Positions 39,897 to 49,751 of a DNA stretch of 64,000 nucleotides are shown here, one piece after another. A model generated the notes under the pieces. The model searched no databases and had not been told where the DNA came from. It worked only from the letters and a program-made list of their open reading frames with translations. Each line of letters opens with the position of its first letter. The first letter of the stretch is position 1. The position numbers and the translations under genes were made by a program. The stretch is from contig JANNEF010000386.1 in NCBI GenBank assembly GCA_031378375.1, positions 1,332 to 65,331 of the forward strand. The letters run 5' to 3'. The stretch is from Verrucomicrobiota bacterium. Lineage in GTDB: Bacteria > Verrucomicrobiota > Verrucomicrobiia > Limisphaerales > JANNEF01.

Positions 39897-40073
39897 AACA
39901 ACTTAAGCTGTACGGTTCGCCCGATTATCATTGTCATTCGCCGGGCAAATTCCTCGAACTTCAATTCAAGGGGGCGCGAATCTAACAAACAGGAGCAAAT
40001 ACGCCACAAAATTTTTCGGATAATTTCGGACCCGAAATAACGGTCCGATCCGCCGCAATACGCGTGGGGAATA

Positions 40074-40535
40074 TCAATGCCCTTGCAGGCTCGGCTGGGC
40101 AGCCCGAATCACCGTCGAACTGGGAGTCGTGTTGTTGGGAGCGGGTGCCCCTTGATCCACAATGGCTTGTCCGCCGCTGGAGGGCAATGGATCCGCAGCG
40201 GGAGGGACCAGCAGCACGCGCGCGCGATCCAGTTCGGCTTTGAATACGAAATGATTTTTCGGCGTGATGACGAGATTTTTCAGCAGTCCGGATTTTTTGT
40301 GGATGACGAGATAGCGGTTACCGGGAGACAACGTGTTGCACCATTTCTCCGCCCAAAACAGCCGTTGCGTTCCGATGTGTTTGATGTTCAGCAGTCGCAC
40401 CCAGCGGACGGGCAAGCCCAGCCAGGTGATTCGCAGGCACCTCGCGGTCACGTGGTACCGAATCGTCGTGCAGGACAAAACCAGCAGTCCGGTACCCAAA
40501 AAAACAAACGCCAGGATGATCGCCAAATCGCGCAT
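40074..40535 (-). CDS. Hypothetical membrane-anchored protein
   Basis: N-terminal TM followed by a bPH-like beta-rich segment. Confidence 0.55.
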   Translation of the reverse strand: MRDLAIILAFVFLGTGLLVLSCTTIRYHVTARCLRITWLGLPVRWVRLLNIKHIGTQRLFWAEKWCNTLSPGNRYLVIHKKSGLLKNLVITPKNHFVFKAELDRARVLLVPPAADPLPSSGGQAIVDQGAPAPNNTTPSSTVIRAAQPSLQGH

Positions 40536-40755
40536 AACTCAATTCACCGTCCGTATCCAAACCACAAACACAGCATCGGCACGATGTCGCCCGGTCTGAA
40601 CATCCGGCGCAACGCCCGTGATTGGCGCGTCAAGTGGACTGCCAGGACGATGCCTGATCCCATAGTGATGGAGGTGACTGACATCACACTAATGATAGCA
40701 TGGAACCGCGCCAGCGAACAGGCGTTGACCGGGTTCGTCGGGCGGGTTGAATCAC

Positions 40756-41382
40756 TCACGGTTGCGCGGGCGCGGGGATGAAGATCTTCTGGCCAATCTT
40801 GAGCTTGCTCCAATTCACGCCCGGGTTGGCGTCGGTGATTTGCCGGGCCGTGATCTTAAATCCCTGCTTCGCCAGTTTCGCCGAGATGGTGGTGGGATGG
40901 TCGTTGGCCTGGATGGTGTATTCGTAACCTCGCTCCGGTGCACCGGGCGGAACGGTTGGGGTCGGCGTGGAACTGCGGCCAGGGGGATTCGTGCGCACGG
41001 GCGAGGTCGGCTTTTCCGAGAGGCCGCGACGGAAGTCGGCCAGGGCCGTGAGAATTTTTTCGTTGTCGGCAATACGCTTGCGGTCCACCTCCTTGATCGC
41101 CTCAGCCAGGCTCTCCAGGCTTTTCTGCGTGCCAGCAGCCGCGGCGTTGTTGTTGAGGCGGGTGATCGCTTCACGGAGCGCGCGCAATTCCTCGCCCAAC
41201 CCGTTCATCCGCTTTTGGTGGGAAAGAATCGTTTCTTCCAGGTTTTCAATCTTGGCGGCCACCGTCTTGAAACGCTCCTCGGACTCCTGCTTCTCGGCGA
41301 TGGCCGCGGGCGTATCCTGCGCGTGAAACGAGGGCGCGGCGACGAAGACGAACAAGACAGTGAAAAGGCAAAAGCGTTTCAT
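40756..41382 (-). CDS. LysM domain exported protein
   Basis: Signal, coiled coil, YTIQAND...ANP...LKIGQKIFIP. Confidence 0.85.
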   Translation of the reverse strand: MKRFCLFTVLFVFVAAPSFHAQDTPAAIAEKQESEERFKTVAAKIENLEETILSHQKRMNGLGEELRALREAITRLNNNAAAAGTQKSLESLAEAIKEVDRKRIADNEKILTALADFRRGLSEKPTSPVRTNPPGRSSTPTPTVPPGAPERGYEYTIQANDHPTTISAKLAKQGFKITARQITDANPGVNWSKLKIGQKIFIPAPAQP

Positions 41383-41467
41383 GCGGCGAAAATAGGAACG
41401 GCGCGCAGCGCACGCAAGCGAAACGTGGCGGCGGCACGGGGGACACTCCAAACGTTCTGGCCGGCTC

Positions 41468-41508
41468 GAACTTTGAACTTTGAACTTTGAACTTTGAACT
41501 TACCCTCC
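41468..41508. repeat. Heptamer tandem repeat (GAACTTT)x5, single arm
   Basis: Directly upstream of the prmC GTG; same family as 44720, 52799 and 60231. Confidence 0.85.
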
Positions 41509-41512
41509 ACAC

Positions 41513-42373
41513 GTGACGATTCTGGAAGTCATTCAACGCAGCACCGAATTTCTTGCGCGCAAAGGCGTGGACTCACCTCGCCTCCAGATCGAACTGTTAT
41601 TGGCCCACGTTCTCCAGATGCCGCGACTCAAGTTGTATCTGAGCTTCGACCGCACTCTGACCGAGCCGCAACTGGCCACGCTGCGCGACCTGGTGAAACG
41701 GCGCGCAGACCGCGAACCGCTCCAGCATATCCTTGGCTCCACGTCGTTCTGCGGCCTGGAAATCACCGTCAATCGCGCCGTGCTCATCCCGCGACCTGAA
41801 ACCGAACAACTCGCGGAAAAAGCCTGGCAGTGGCTCTCCAATCGCAACTCCGAACTGGCAACCGTTCTCGACTTTGGCACCGGCAGCGGCTGCCTGGCCA
41901 TCGCCATCGCCGTGAAGTGCCCGGCCGCCCGGGTTTGCGCGCTGGATATTTCTGAGACGGCCCTCGCCCTCGCCCGCCAGAACGCCGCCCGGCACGCAGC
42001 GAGCGACCGGATTCAGTTTCATCTCGGCGACGGCTTTGCCGCCCTGCCCGGCGGAATGCGCTTTGACCTGCTCGTCAGCAATCCGCCCTACATCGCGAGC
42101 GCCGAAATCGAAACCCTCCAGCCCGAAGTGCGTGACCACGACCCGCGTCTCGCGTTGGACGGTGGCCAGGATGGCCTGGAATTCTACCGCCGGCTCGCCG
42201 CTGAAGGCCCGGCCCGCCTCGCTCCCGGCGCTCGCGCGATGTTCGAGTTCGGCGACGGACAGGCGCCAGCTCTTCAGGAAATCTTCGAGGCGCACCAGTG
42301 GGTGATTGACGCGGTGGAACGCGATTTATCGGGCCGCGAGCGAATCTTAATTGCACGCCACGCCGGGAACTGA
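41513..42373 (+). CDS. prmC: Release factor glutamine methyltransferase
   Basis: EPLQHILG, LIPRPETE, DFGTGSG, NPPY. Confidence 0.95.
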   Translation: MTILEVIQRSTEFLARKGVDSPRLQIELLLAHVLQMPRLKLYLSFDRTLTEPQLATLRDLVKRRADREPLQHILGSTSFCGLEITVNRAVLIPRPETEQLAEKAWQWLSNRNSELATVLDFGTGSGCLAIAIAVKCPAARVCALDISETALALARQNAARHAASDRIQFHLGDGFAALPGGMRFDLLVSNPPYIASAEIETLQPEVRDHDPRLALDGGQDGLEFYRRLAAEGPARLAPGARAMFEFGDGQAPALQEIFEAHQWVIDAVERDLSGRERILIARHAGN

Positions 42374-42418
42374 AATTCTCGCCCGGCAGTTGCGCGTAAA
42401 ACCAGCGGCACATTTTTC

Positions 42419-43681
42419 ATGGACAGCTTGTTAATCAAAGGCGGCGTGCCCTTGCACGGCGAGGTCACCATCAGCGGTGCGAAGAACGCCGTGCTGCCCA
42501 TCATGGCGGCCACGCTCCTCACCGCCGAACCGTGCGTCATCCGGCGCGTGCCGGACCTGACCGACGTGCAGTTCATGGCCAAAATCCTCGCCTCGCTCGG
42601 CGCAAAAGTGACGGTGGACGGCGACACCGTCACCGTGCAGGCGCGCAAACTCAAGCCCGTGGGCAACTACGATCTCATCCGCAAGATGCGCGGCTCGATT
42701 TGCATCCTCGGCCCGCTTCTGGGCCGGCAACGCCAGGCGCAAGTCTCGCTCCCCGGTGGTTGCGTCATCGGCCCGCGCCCGATTGATCTCCACTTGAAGG
42801 GCATGAAGGATCTTGGCGCGAAGGTGACGATTGACAGCGGCTACATCCACGCCCACGCGCGGCGGCTGGTCGGCGCGGAAATTTTTCTCGGCGGTCGCGC
42901 CGGCCCCACCGTGCTCGGCACCGCCAACGTGATGATGGCCGCCGTGCTGGCCGAGGGCGTGACGACCATCGAGAGCGCCGCGTGCGAACCGGAGGTGGTG
43001 GACCTGGCCTGTTTCCTGAACAAGATGGGCGCGAAGATCGCCGGTGCCGGCAGCCCCACGATCAGCATCAGCGGCGTCAAGGAACTCCGCGGCGCGGAAC
43101 ACGAAGTCATCCCCGACCGCATCGAAGCCGCCACCTTCGCCATCGCCGCCGCCGCCACGGACGGCGAGGTCACCATCCACGGTGCGCGCCCCGACCAGAT
43201 GAGCGCCGTGCTCGACAAGCTGCGCGAGGCGGGCGTGCGGTTGGAACGCAACGGCCTGACGTTCACCGTGCGGCGTGGCCCCCGCCTCAAGCCGGTGGAC
43301 ATCACGACGCTGCCCTACGCCGGCTTCCCGACCGACGCGCAGGCGCAGATGATGGTGTTGATGGCGCTGACGCCGGGGTTGAGCATCATCACCGAGCGCA
43401 TTTTTGAATCGCGCTTCATGCACGTGAGCGAACTGGCGCGGCTGGGCGCGGAGATTTCCATCGAAGGCCCCAGCGCCATTGTCAAAGGCGGGCGGAGGTT
43501 GAGCGGCGCACCCGTGATGGCGAGCGATCTGCGCGCCTCCGCCGCGCTGGTAATCGCGGGCCTGGCGGCGGAGGGTTCCACCCAAGTCAACCGCATCTAC
43601 CACCTCGACCGCGGCTACGAAAAGATTGACGTGAAGCTCCGCCGCCTGGGTGCGCGCATCAAAAGAATTTCCGAAACATGA
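42419..43681 (+). CDS. murA: UDP-N-acetylglucosamine 1-carboxyvinyltransferase
   Basis: [41 protein letters not shown]. Confidence 0.98.
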   Translation: MDSLLIKGGVPLHGEVTISGAKNAVLPIMAATLLTAEPCVIRRVPDLTDVQFMAKILASLGAKVTVDGDTVTVQARKLKPVGNYDLIRKMRGSICILGPLLGRQRQAQVSLPGGCVIGPRPIDLHLKGMKDLGAKVTIDSGYIHAHARRLVGAEIFLGGRAGPTVLGTANVMMAAVLAEGVTTIESAACEPEVVDLACFLNKMGAKIAGAGSPTISISGVKELRGAEHEVIPDRIEAATFAIAAAATDGEVTIHGARPDQMSAVLDKLREAGVRLERNGLTFTVRRGPRLKPVDITTLPYAGFPTDAQAQMMVLMALTPGLSIITERIFESRFMHVSELARLGAEISIEGPSAIVKGGRRLSGAPVMASDLRASAALVIAGLAAEGSTQVNRIYHLDRGYEKIDVKLRRLGARIKRISET

Positions 43682-44085
43682 AAGCCCTTATCGCCATCGT
43701 CGCCGTCGTGGTCGTCTGTTTCGGCGCTTACAAAATCTGGGAATACTGGGACCAGACCGATCAGGAACGCGCCGCCAAGCAACAGCCCACCAGCGAGAGT
43801 CTCGACCCCACCCGGCTCCCCGGTTTGGATCCCAAGTACGAAGTCCTTCTGCAGCAGGCGCGGCGCGAAGGTGCCGCCAGCCTCAAACGCTGGCTGGAGG
43901 CGTACAAGACTTCCGGCGTGGCCAAGGATCCGCGCCTGGCCTGGATCGAACTCGATTACGTGGTGATGATTTCCACCGAGAACCCCATCGAAGCCAAAAA
44001 GGTTTTTGCCCGCGTCAAAAGCCGCACCCCCGCCGACTCGCCGGTGTATCCGCGCATCAAGGCGCTGGAAAAGACTTACGAGTAA
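43678..44085 (+). CDS. Hypothetical membrane-anchored protein
   Basis: ATGA overlap with murA; N-terminal TM. Confidence 0.7.
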   Translation: MKALIAIVAVVVVCFGAYKIWEYWDQTDQERAAKQQPTSESLDPTRLPGLDPKYEVLLQQARREGAASLKRWLEAYKTSGVAKDPRLAWIELDYVVMISTENPIEAKKVFARVKSRTPADSPVYPRIKALEKTYE

Positions 44086-44186
44086 GCCCTGCCGCCCGTT
44101 AAGCCGGATCGCGCGGAAAAATAGGCTCGCCATTCACCGAGCCTGCCGTTAGGTTTGCGGTGACTCCGAGACGAAAGCGATTGCTT

Positions 44187-44675
44187 ATGGACGTGATTTT
44201 CAAATGTTCCCAGTGCGAACAGGAACTGTCGGTGGACTCCACCGGTGCCGGCAGCGAAATTCAATGCCCCTCCTGCGGCGAGAGCATCGTCATCCCGCCG
44301 CCGGACCCGCAAGCCGCCCCCGCCGCCCCACCGCCCGGCCCAATCAACGCGATGGCCGCCGCCGCCGCCGCGAAGGAGGAAAAACATTTTGCCGTGCCCA
44401 TCCATGACAGGCCGACCGAAAATCTCATCGGCAAACCGTTGCAACCGCTCGAAGCCGCCGCCAAAGGCGCGATCAGGCTCCGCGTCAAAACCATCCGCCA
44501 CTCGGATTGTGTTGAAGTCGGCAAGGACCACTTCGACGAGGTGGTCACCGCGTTTCTGGAAAAGACTGGCGAGACCAACGTCGTCACCGTCTCCACCTTC
44601 AACTACACCCACCAGGATCTGGGCACGCGCGCCTGGGTGACTGACTACGGCGCCTTTATCGTCTATCGCGGATAG
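44187..44675 (+). CDS. Zn-ribbon hypothetical protein
   Basis: CSQC...CPSC N-terminus and Pro/Ala linker. Confidence 0.75.
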   Translation: MDVIFKCSQCEQELSVDSTGAGSEIQCPSCGESIVIPPPDPQAAPAAPPPGPINAMAAAAAAKEEKHFAVPIHDRPTENLIGKPLQPLEAAAKGAIRLRVKTIRHSDCVEVGKDHFDEVVTAFLEKTGETNVVTVSTFNYTHQDLGTRAWVTDYGAFIVYRG

Positions 44676-44719
44676 GCTTCCACCTGATTTATCGCTGGTT
44701 TCGACGGAATGACGGGGAT

Positions 44720-44810
44720 GGAGGAAGTTCAAAGCTCAACAGCCGCTCCAACGACCATACTCCAGCTTGGTCGTTCCCTGCTTTGAACTTTGAGCTTTGA
44801 ACTTCCCTCC
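44720..44810. repeat. Palindromic heptamer-arm element
   Basis: GGAGGAAGTTCAAAGCTCAA ... TTGAGCTTTGAACTTCCCTCC, inner AACGACCA/TGGTCGTT stem. Confidence 0.85.
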
Positions 44811-44834
44811 CCCGCTCCTTAGTTTCGCCGCCGC

Positions 44835-45605
44835 GTGCATAAGATCGCTTTCCAACTTGGCCCCTGGCCCGTCCATTGGTACGGCATCCTGCTGGCACTG
44901 GCCGTCATCACCGGCCTGTGGCTGGCCGGTCGGCGTGGATTGCGCGACGGCCTGCCGCCGGAGGCCATCGTGGACCTTGGCCCGTGGATGCTCCTGAGCG
45001 CCATTGCCGGGGGACGCGCGCTCTACGTCATCTCCTACTGGCGCGAAGATTTCGCCGGGCATCCGTGGTGGAAGGTCTTTCTCGTCAACCAGGGCGGCCT
45101 TGTCTTCTACGGCGGCTTGATCGTGGGGTCGCTGGTCTTCTTCTTTTACACCGGCGCGAAGAAACTGCCGCGCTGGAAAATGGCGGACGCCCTCGCCCCC
45201 AGCATCGCGCTGGGCCATGCCATCGGCCGCGTCGGCTGCCTGATGACCGGCTGCTGCTACGGACGGCCCACCGACGTGCCCTGGAGCATCTACTTCCCCA
45301 ACCCGCATCCCACCGACGGCGCGGACGTGCATCCCGTGCAGATTTACGAATCGCTGCTGAACCTTGCGCTTTACACCGCGCTCGCGTGGCTTCATCGCCG
45401 CAAGAAATTCGACGGCCAGGTCATCGCCACCTACCTCATTTGCTACCCCGTGCTGCGCGCCGGCGTGGAAACCTTCCGGGGCGACTACCCCGTGCGCTAC
45501 CTCGGCGGCGGCGTGACCCCCGCGCAACTGGTGAGCGCCGGCATCCTGCTCGCGGGCCTGCTGCTCTTCTGGAAACTGCCCCGCCCGCTGCCAAAGCAAG
45601 CGTAG
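44835..45605 (+). CDS. lgt: Prolipoprotein diacylglyceryl transferase
   Basis: HWYG, GGRALYV, GGLVFYGG, GRVGC...GCCYG, HPVQIYE. Confidence 0.95.
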   Translation: MHKIAFQLGPWPVHWYGILLALAVITGLWLAGRRGLRDGLPPEAIVDLGPWMLLSAIAGGRALYVISYWREDFAGHPWWKVFLVNQGGLVFYGGLIVGSLVFFFYTGAKKLPRWKMADALAPSIALGHAIGRVGCLMTGCCYGRPTDVPWSIYFPNPHPTDGADVHPVQIYESLLNLALYTALAWLHRRKKFDGQVIATYLICYPVLRAGVETFRGDYPVRYLGGGVTPAQLVSAGILLAGLLLFWKLPRPLPKQA

Positions 45606-45625
45606 CCGATGGCGCATTGAAGAAG

Positions 45626-46558
45626 ATGGCGAACGACCTCCATCCTCGCCCGTTCCTCCTCGCCGGCCCCACCGCCGTCGGCAAATCCGAAATAGCGTTC
45701 CAGCTCGCCGAACGGCTTGGCGGCGAAATCCTCTCCGTGGACTCCATGCAAGTCTATCGCGGCCTGGACATCGGCACCGCCAAACCCACGACCGCCGAAC
45801 GCGCCCGGGTGCCGCACCACCTGATTGACGTGGTGGATCTGACCGCGCCGTTCGACGCCGCGCAATTCGTCCGCCTCGCCCACCGTGCCGTGGAAGAAAT
45901 CCAGTCACGCGCGCACGTGCCGATCCTCTGCGGTGGCACCGGCCTTTACTTCCAGGCTTTCCTCGAAGGACTGGGCGAAGCCCCGCCCGCCGACCCCGCG
46001 CTCCGCGCCGAACTGCAAGCCACGCCCCTGCCCGAACTCCTGCGCGAACTGGAACAACGCGACCCCGTCACCTTTGGAAAAATTGACCGCGCCAACCCCC
46101 GCCGCGTCATCCGGGCCGTGGAAGTCATCCGCCTCACCGGCCAGCCCTTCTCCGCCCAACGCGCCGACTGGAGCGCCGCCCCACGCCCCACGCCCCACGC
46201 CCCAAACTTCTTCTGCCTCACCCGCGCCCCCGCCGATCTCCACGGCCGCATCACCGCGCGAGTGGACGCCATGTTCGCGCGCGGCCTGGTGGATGAAACG
46301 CGCCGCCTCCTCGCCGCCGGCCTGGCGGAAAACCAGACCGCCCTGCAAGCCATCGGCTACCGGCAGGTGGTGGAACATCTGCGCGGCGAACGCCCGCTCG
46401 CCGAAACCATCGAACTCGTCAAAACCCGCACCCGCCAGTTTGCCAAGCGGCAGATGACGTGGTTCCGCCGGCAACCCGTGACGTGGCTGCCTCTGCAACC
46501 CACCGACACCGCTGCCGCCATCGCAGCACAATTGGCCTCGATCATGACGGACCGGTGA
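45626..46558 (+). CDS. miaA: tRNA dimethylallyltransferase
   Basis: GPTAVGKS, DSMQVYRGLDIGTAKP, GGTGLY, AIGY, AKRQMTWF. Confidence 0.97.
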   Translation: MANDLHPRPFLLAGPTAVGKSEIAFQLAERLGGEILSVDSMQVYRGLDIGTAKPTTAERARVPHHLIDVVDLTAPFDAAQFVRLAHRAVEEIQSRAHVPILCGGTGLYFQAFLEGLGEAPPADPALRAELQATPLPELLRELEQRDPVTFGKIDRANPRRVIRAVEVIRLTGQPFSAQRADWSAAPRPTPHAPNFFCLTRAPADLHGRITARVDAMFARGLVDETRRLLAAGLAENQTALQAIGYRQVVEHLRGERPLAETIELVKTRTRQFAKRQMTWFRRQPVTWLPLQPTDTAAAIAAQLASIMTDR

Positions 46559-46637
46559 AACAGGGGCGATGAATACGGTGAAGGCTTCGCACGCAACCGT
46601 GGCTTGCAAACATGTTCAACCGGCGTATTTTTTCGCC

Positions 46638-46895
46638 ATGACCGTCGCGCTGGCCAGAGATGTTGAAGACTTTCTGCGGGAACAAGTCCGTTCCGGTGTC
46701 TGTGCGGATGCCGGTGAACTGGTCAACGACCTCATCCGCTCGCTCCGCGAGCAACAGCGAAAGTCCTTCGACCTCACGCCCGAACTGGAAGCGTGGTTGC
46801 TGGCGGCGGCGGACCAACCCGCCACCCCGCTGACGAAAGCCGACTTCGACGCCATCCGCGAACGGGTGGGCGCGCGCGCGCCCTTGTGCTGTTGA
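46638..46895 (+). CDS. ParD-like (RHH) antitoxin with no adjacent toxin
   Basis: MTVAL....EDFLREQVRSG....ELV...IR.L; TTGCAA-16-TATTTT-6-ATG. Confidence 0.7.
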   Translation: MTVALARDVEDFLREQVRSGVCADAGELVNDLIRSLREQQRKSFDLTPELEAWLLAAADQPATPLTKADFDAIRERVGARAPLCC

Positions 46896-46947
46896 GCCGG
46901 GCGCGATTCCAGTTGGCATCCGGGGGGAAACAAGGTAGTAATCAGCC

Positions 46948-47154
46948 ATGACATCGTTCGCTCAAACGTTGGATGTGATTGAATCGCTGTCGGTGGACGA
47001 GCAGGAGGACGTTTTGGAAGTCATGCAACGCCGTCTTGCCGAGCGCCGCCGCGCTGAACTCATCGCCACCGTGAAACAATCCCGGAAGGAATTTGCCGCC
47101 GGCAAATGCAAGCCCGCGTCCGTGGCCGCCATCATGCGGCAGGTCAAGGCGTGA
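46948..47154 (+). CDS. Putative antitoxin
   Basis: 68-aa ORF with GTGA overlap to the toxin. Confidence 0.75.
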   Translation: MTSFAQTLDVIESLSVDEQEDVLEVMQRRLAERRRAELIATVKQSRKEFAAGKCKPASVAAIMRQVKA

Positions 47155-47432
47155 AGCATTGCCTCATCCCCGCGCCTGCGTTCGTCCGCGCTTCCCGCCG
47201 CTTCCTCAAAAAACACCCTGCGTCGGCGAGCGACCTGGAGGCGCTTTTGCAATGTCTGGGAGCCGACCCGTTTGCCCCGGCGTTGCGCACCCACAAACTC
47301 AAAGGCGCGCTGGCCGGTTCATGGGCGGTCAGTGGTGGTTACGACCTGCGTGTCGTATTTCATTTTTCGAGACACCAGGGCCGGCCTGCTTTAATCCTCG
47401 AAGCCATCGGCACGCACGACGAGGTCTACTGA
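47151..47432 (+). CDS. RelE/YafQ-like toxin
   Basis: F.R..RR..KK...DPFAPALRTHKLKG.L.G.W....YDLRVVF...IGTHDEVY. Confidence 0.9.
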   Translation: MKHCLIPAPAFVRASRRFLKKHPASASDLEALLQCLGADPFAPALRTHKLKGALAGSWAVSGGYDLRVVFHFSRHQGRPALILEAIGTHDEVY

Positions 47433-47520
47433 CCAAACCAAGTCTTTCGGGCACGCGCGGCGGGAACTCAACGCCAAGACGCCAGGGCGCGGGGAAAACT
47501 GGATAGCTTCTTTGCGTACT

Positions 47521-47769
47521 TCACTCGCGCTTGTGTTTTTTTCTCAATGCTTCCGCCTCTTTGATCAACTGAGAGAGTGGCACACCGACACCATGAGCAA
47601 GCGAATCTGCCAAGTTCACACTCGGGTTGCGGATGCCGCGTTCAACCATCCCAACCATCTTCACGTCCACGTCTGCGCGTTCACTCAGCATCTCTTGTGT
47701 GATGTTCTCGACTTTCCTGTGCTGGCGCAGGATGACGCCGAATGCGTCAGCCAAGCTCGTTTTCAGCAT
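47521..47769 (-). CDS. XRE-family HTH regulator, copy 2
   Basis: 82 aa, close paralog of 22018-22266. Confidence 0.9.
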   Translation of the reverse strand: MLKTSLADAFGVILRQHRKVENITQEMLSERADVDVKMVGMVERGIRNPSVNLADSLAHGVGVPLSQLIKEAEALRKKHKRE

Positions 47770-47799
47770 TATTGCATCGTGGCAGTCGAAAGTATGTGA

Positions 47800-47827
47800 T
47801 TGACAGGGACTATAGTCCCTCTACACT
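47800..47827 (+). promoter_or_regulatory. Sigma70-type promoter with a palindromic operator in the spacer
   Basis: TTGACA-16-TACACT; AGGGACTATAGTCCCT at 47805-47820. Confidence 0.8.
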
Positions 47828-48076
47828 TTACCGAAATCGTTCGCTGCCGCTGGCGGTGGAATGTCCCAAAAAACAGCCCATGAACGTGAATCAGCTACCC
47901 TCTGCACCGGGCCACTATTGGCGCTCAAGCGCAAATTCATCGACGCGCGTCCGCCCCTCGTCGCTGGCCAGTCCGAGGTACGCGAATACCGCCCGCGCTA
48001 CCGCTTCGACGACCATGCCGTAAGGGAAATCATTTCAAACACAACCAACAACAACTCGCAAAAAACAAACAAACCA

Positions 48077-49321
48077 ATGAAAACAAATTCCAAAGACACC
48101 TGCTTATTGTCGCTCGTGATCGGATTACTAATGTGGGCCGGTAGTGCCAAAGCCCTGCCCGGCGGCACAATCTATGTCTGCAACTCTGGTGATGATACCG
48201 TTTCTGTCATCTCCCTTAACACGCTGACTGTGGTGACAAGCATCGCTGTGGGAGATGGCCCTGGCTTCGTCATTGTCACACCCGATGGCTCCAAAGCATA
48301 CGTTGCGAACAGGCTGGCAAATACTATCTCAGTAATTCGCACGAGTACGGATTCGGTAATCGCAACGATCCCAGTTGGAACTGAGCCAACTCAGATCGCG
48401 GTGAGTCGGGACAGCCAGCGCGTTTATGTGGCCAACAGGGGATCGTCCACCATTTCCATTATCGACACCGCATCGGACTCGATCCTCACCAACGTGCCAA
48501 CGTTTCGTTCTTCGCCAATCACGCTCGCGTTTCATCCAGTTCGCGACGAAGTGTGGGTGGGCTACAATAGCGGTCTGGAAGGCGGCGGCGCGATTGAAGC
48601 GCGATCCGCAACGGACCTCAGCTTGCTCGCCAGTCTTGTCTCTGACTTTATCTACTATGCTTCCGCTGACCTGGCGTTTCTCCCGGATGGCAGTGAGGTT
48701 TACGGTGCGGAGGGGTGCGGGGACTGCGGGCGGTACAACCGAATTTCCGGGAGCTATTCAAGCGGGGCTATCGACGCCATCGAGGCGACATTTTTTGAGG
48801 ATGGAAATGGTGCTGCCTTGGCCGTGGCCGTTAATCCGATCAGCAGCCGGGTCTATTTGGCGGGGCTGGGCCAGAGCGGACCTCACCGTGTGGTGGAATT
48901 CGACCGGAATGCAACGCCGCAGATCGGACGCACCGTCACCTTCAGCGCGGCACCCAGTGACCTCGTGGTTGCGCCCGATGGCCAGCGTATCTTCGTCGCG
49001 AATCAGGCTGCATCTGGTTTCGTTTCGGTCCTCGACACGGTGACATTCACTTCGGTGGGAACCGTGAACGTGGGCAACTCCCCCAGCGGCATCGCCATCA
49101 AACCGAATCCTCCCATAAATCTTACCATAGCGGTGGCCGATGTTCAGGTCTGTTGGAACTCATTATCCAACACCATTTATCAGGTCGAGTACAAGTCCGG
49201 GCTTACCACCAACACTTGGCAACCGTTAGGCCCACTTGTAAACGGCAATGGCTCGACAAATTGCATTGTTGACTCTGTCCTCATTGATCCACAACGCGTC
49301 TATCGTGTTCGCATACCGTAA
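48077..49321 (+). CDS. Secreted YVTN/YncE-type beta-propeller protein with Verrucomicrobia-style C-terminal domain
   Basis: Signal peptide; repeated PDG..YVAN..SNTISVID; C-terminal W.S...YQVEY...L..W...RVYRV. Confidence 0.85.
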   Translation: MKTNSKDTCLLSLVIGLLMWAGSAKALPGGTIYVCNSGDDTVSVISLNTLTVVTSIAVGDGPGFVIVTPDGSKAYVANRLANTISVIRTSTDSVIATIPVGTEPTQIAVSRDSQRVYVANRGSSTISIIDTASDSILTNVPTFRSSPITLAFHPVRDEVWVGYNSGLEGGGAIEARSATDLSLLASLVSDFIYYASADLAFLPDGSEVYGAEGCGDCGRYNRISGSYSSGAIDAIEATFFEDGNGAALAVAVNPISSRVYLAGLGQSGPHRVVEFDRNATPQIGRTVTFSAAPSDLVVAPDGQRIFVANQAASGFVSVLDTVTFTSVGTVNVGNSPSGIAIKPNPPINLTIAVADVQVCWNSLSNTIYQVEYKSGLTTNTWQPLGPLVNGNGSTNCIVDSVLIDPQRVYRVRIP

Positions 49322-49332
49322 AGAAAATCGCC

Positions 49333-49640
49333 GCGTTTCTGGCGCGGGGGATGACGCGCGGTATTTCCAAATCAGCGGGCCGGTGCAGCCGGGCAATTCG
49401 GGCGGGGCGCTGGTGGACGAGCGGGGCAACGTGGTGGGGGTGATGTCGGCCAAGTTGAGCGCGCGGGCGGCGCTGGCCGCGAGCGGGGCGTTGCCGGAAA
49501 ACGTGAATTACGTGGTGAAGAGCAGTTTCCTGCTGAGTTTCCTCGAATCCGTGCCGGAAGTGTCCGCCCGGCTCAAGGAACCGAACGCCCAGGAGCGGAA
49601 GTTTGAGGACATGATGAAGTCCACCGAACAAGCCTCCCCT
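49333..49640 (+). pseudogene. 5'-truncated trypsin-like serine protease fragment
   Basis: FQISGPVQPGNSGGALVDERGNVVGV...ENVNY; no catalytic His/Asp region and no start; boundaries approximate. Confidence 0.75.
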
Positions 49641-49751
49641 GCTGGTGCCGCTGGATTGAGCGATTTTTGCCACCTGGCAATCTTTGCCATCGTGTTTTTC
49701 GGCAACTATTGACCGCCGGAGGCGCGTCATCGCCCTGTTTTTGGACAGCGG

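Noticed and set aside
40544-40813. 89-aa minus-strand ORF between the LysM gene and 40074-40535
   Set aside because: Overlaps the LysM gene end and has no motif or clear start; not supportable
44876-46558. 560-aa ORF suggesting an N-terminally extended or lgt-fused MiaA
   Set aside because: The first 250 codons are an alternative frame of lgt; MiaA motifs start after the ATG at 45626
47861-48076. N-terminal 72 aa of the 486-aa ORF
   Set aside because: The signal peptide begins at the ATG at 48077 after an A-rich leader; the upstream part is module leader or remnant
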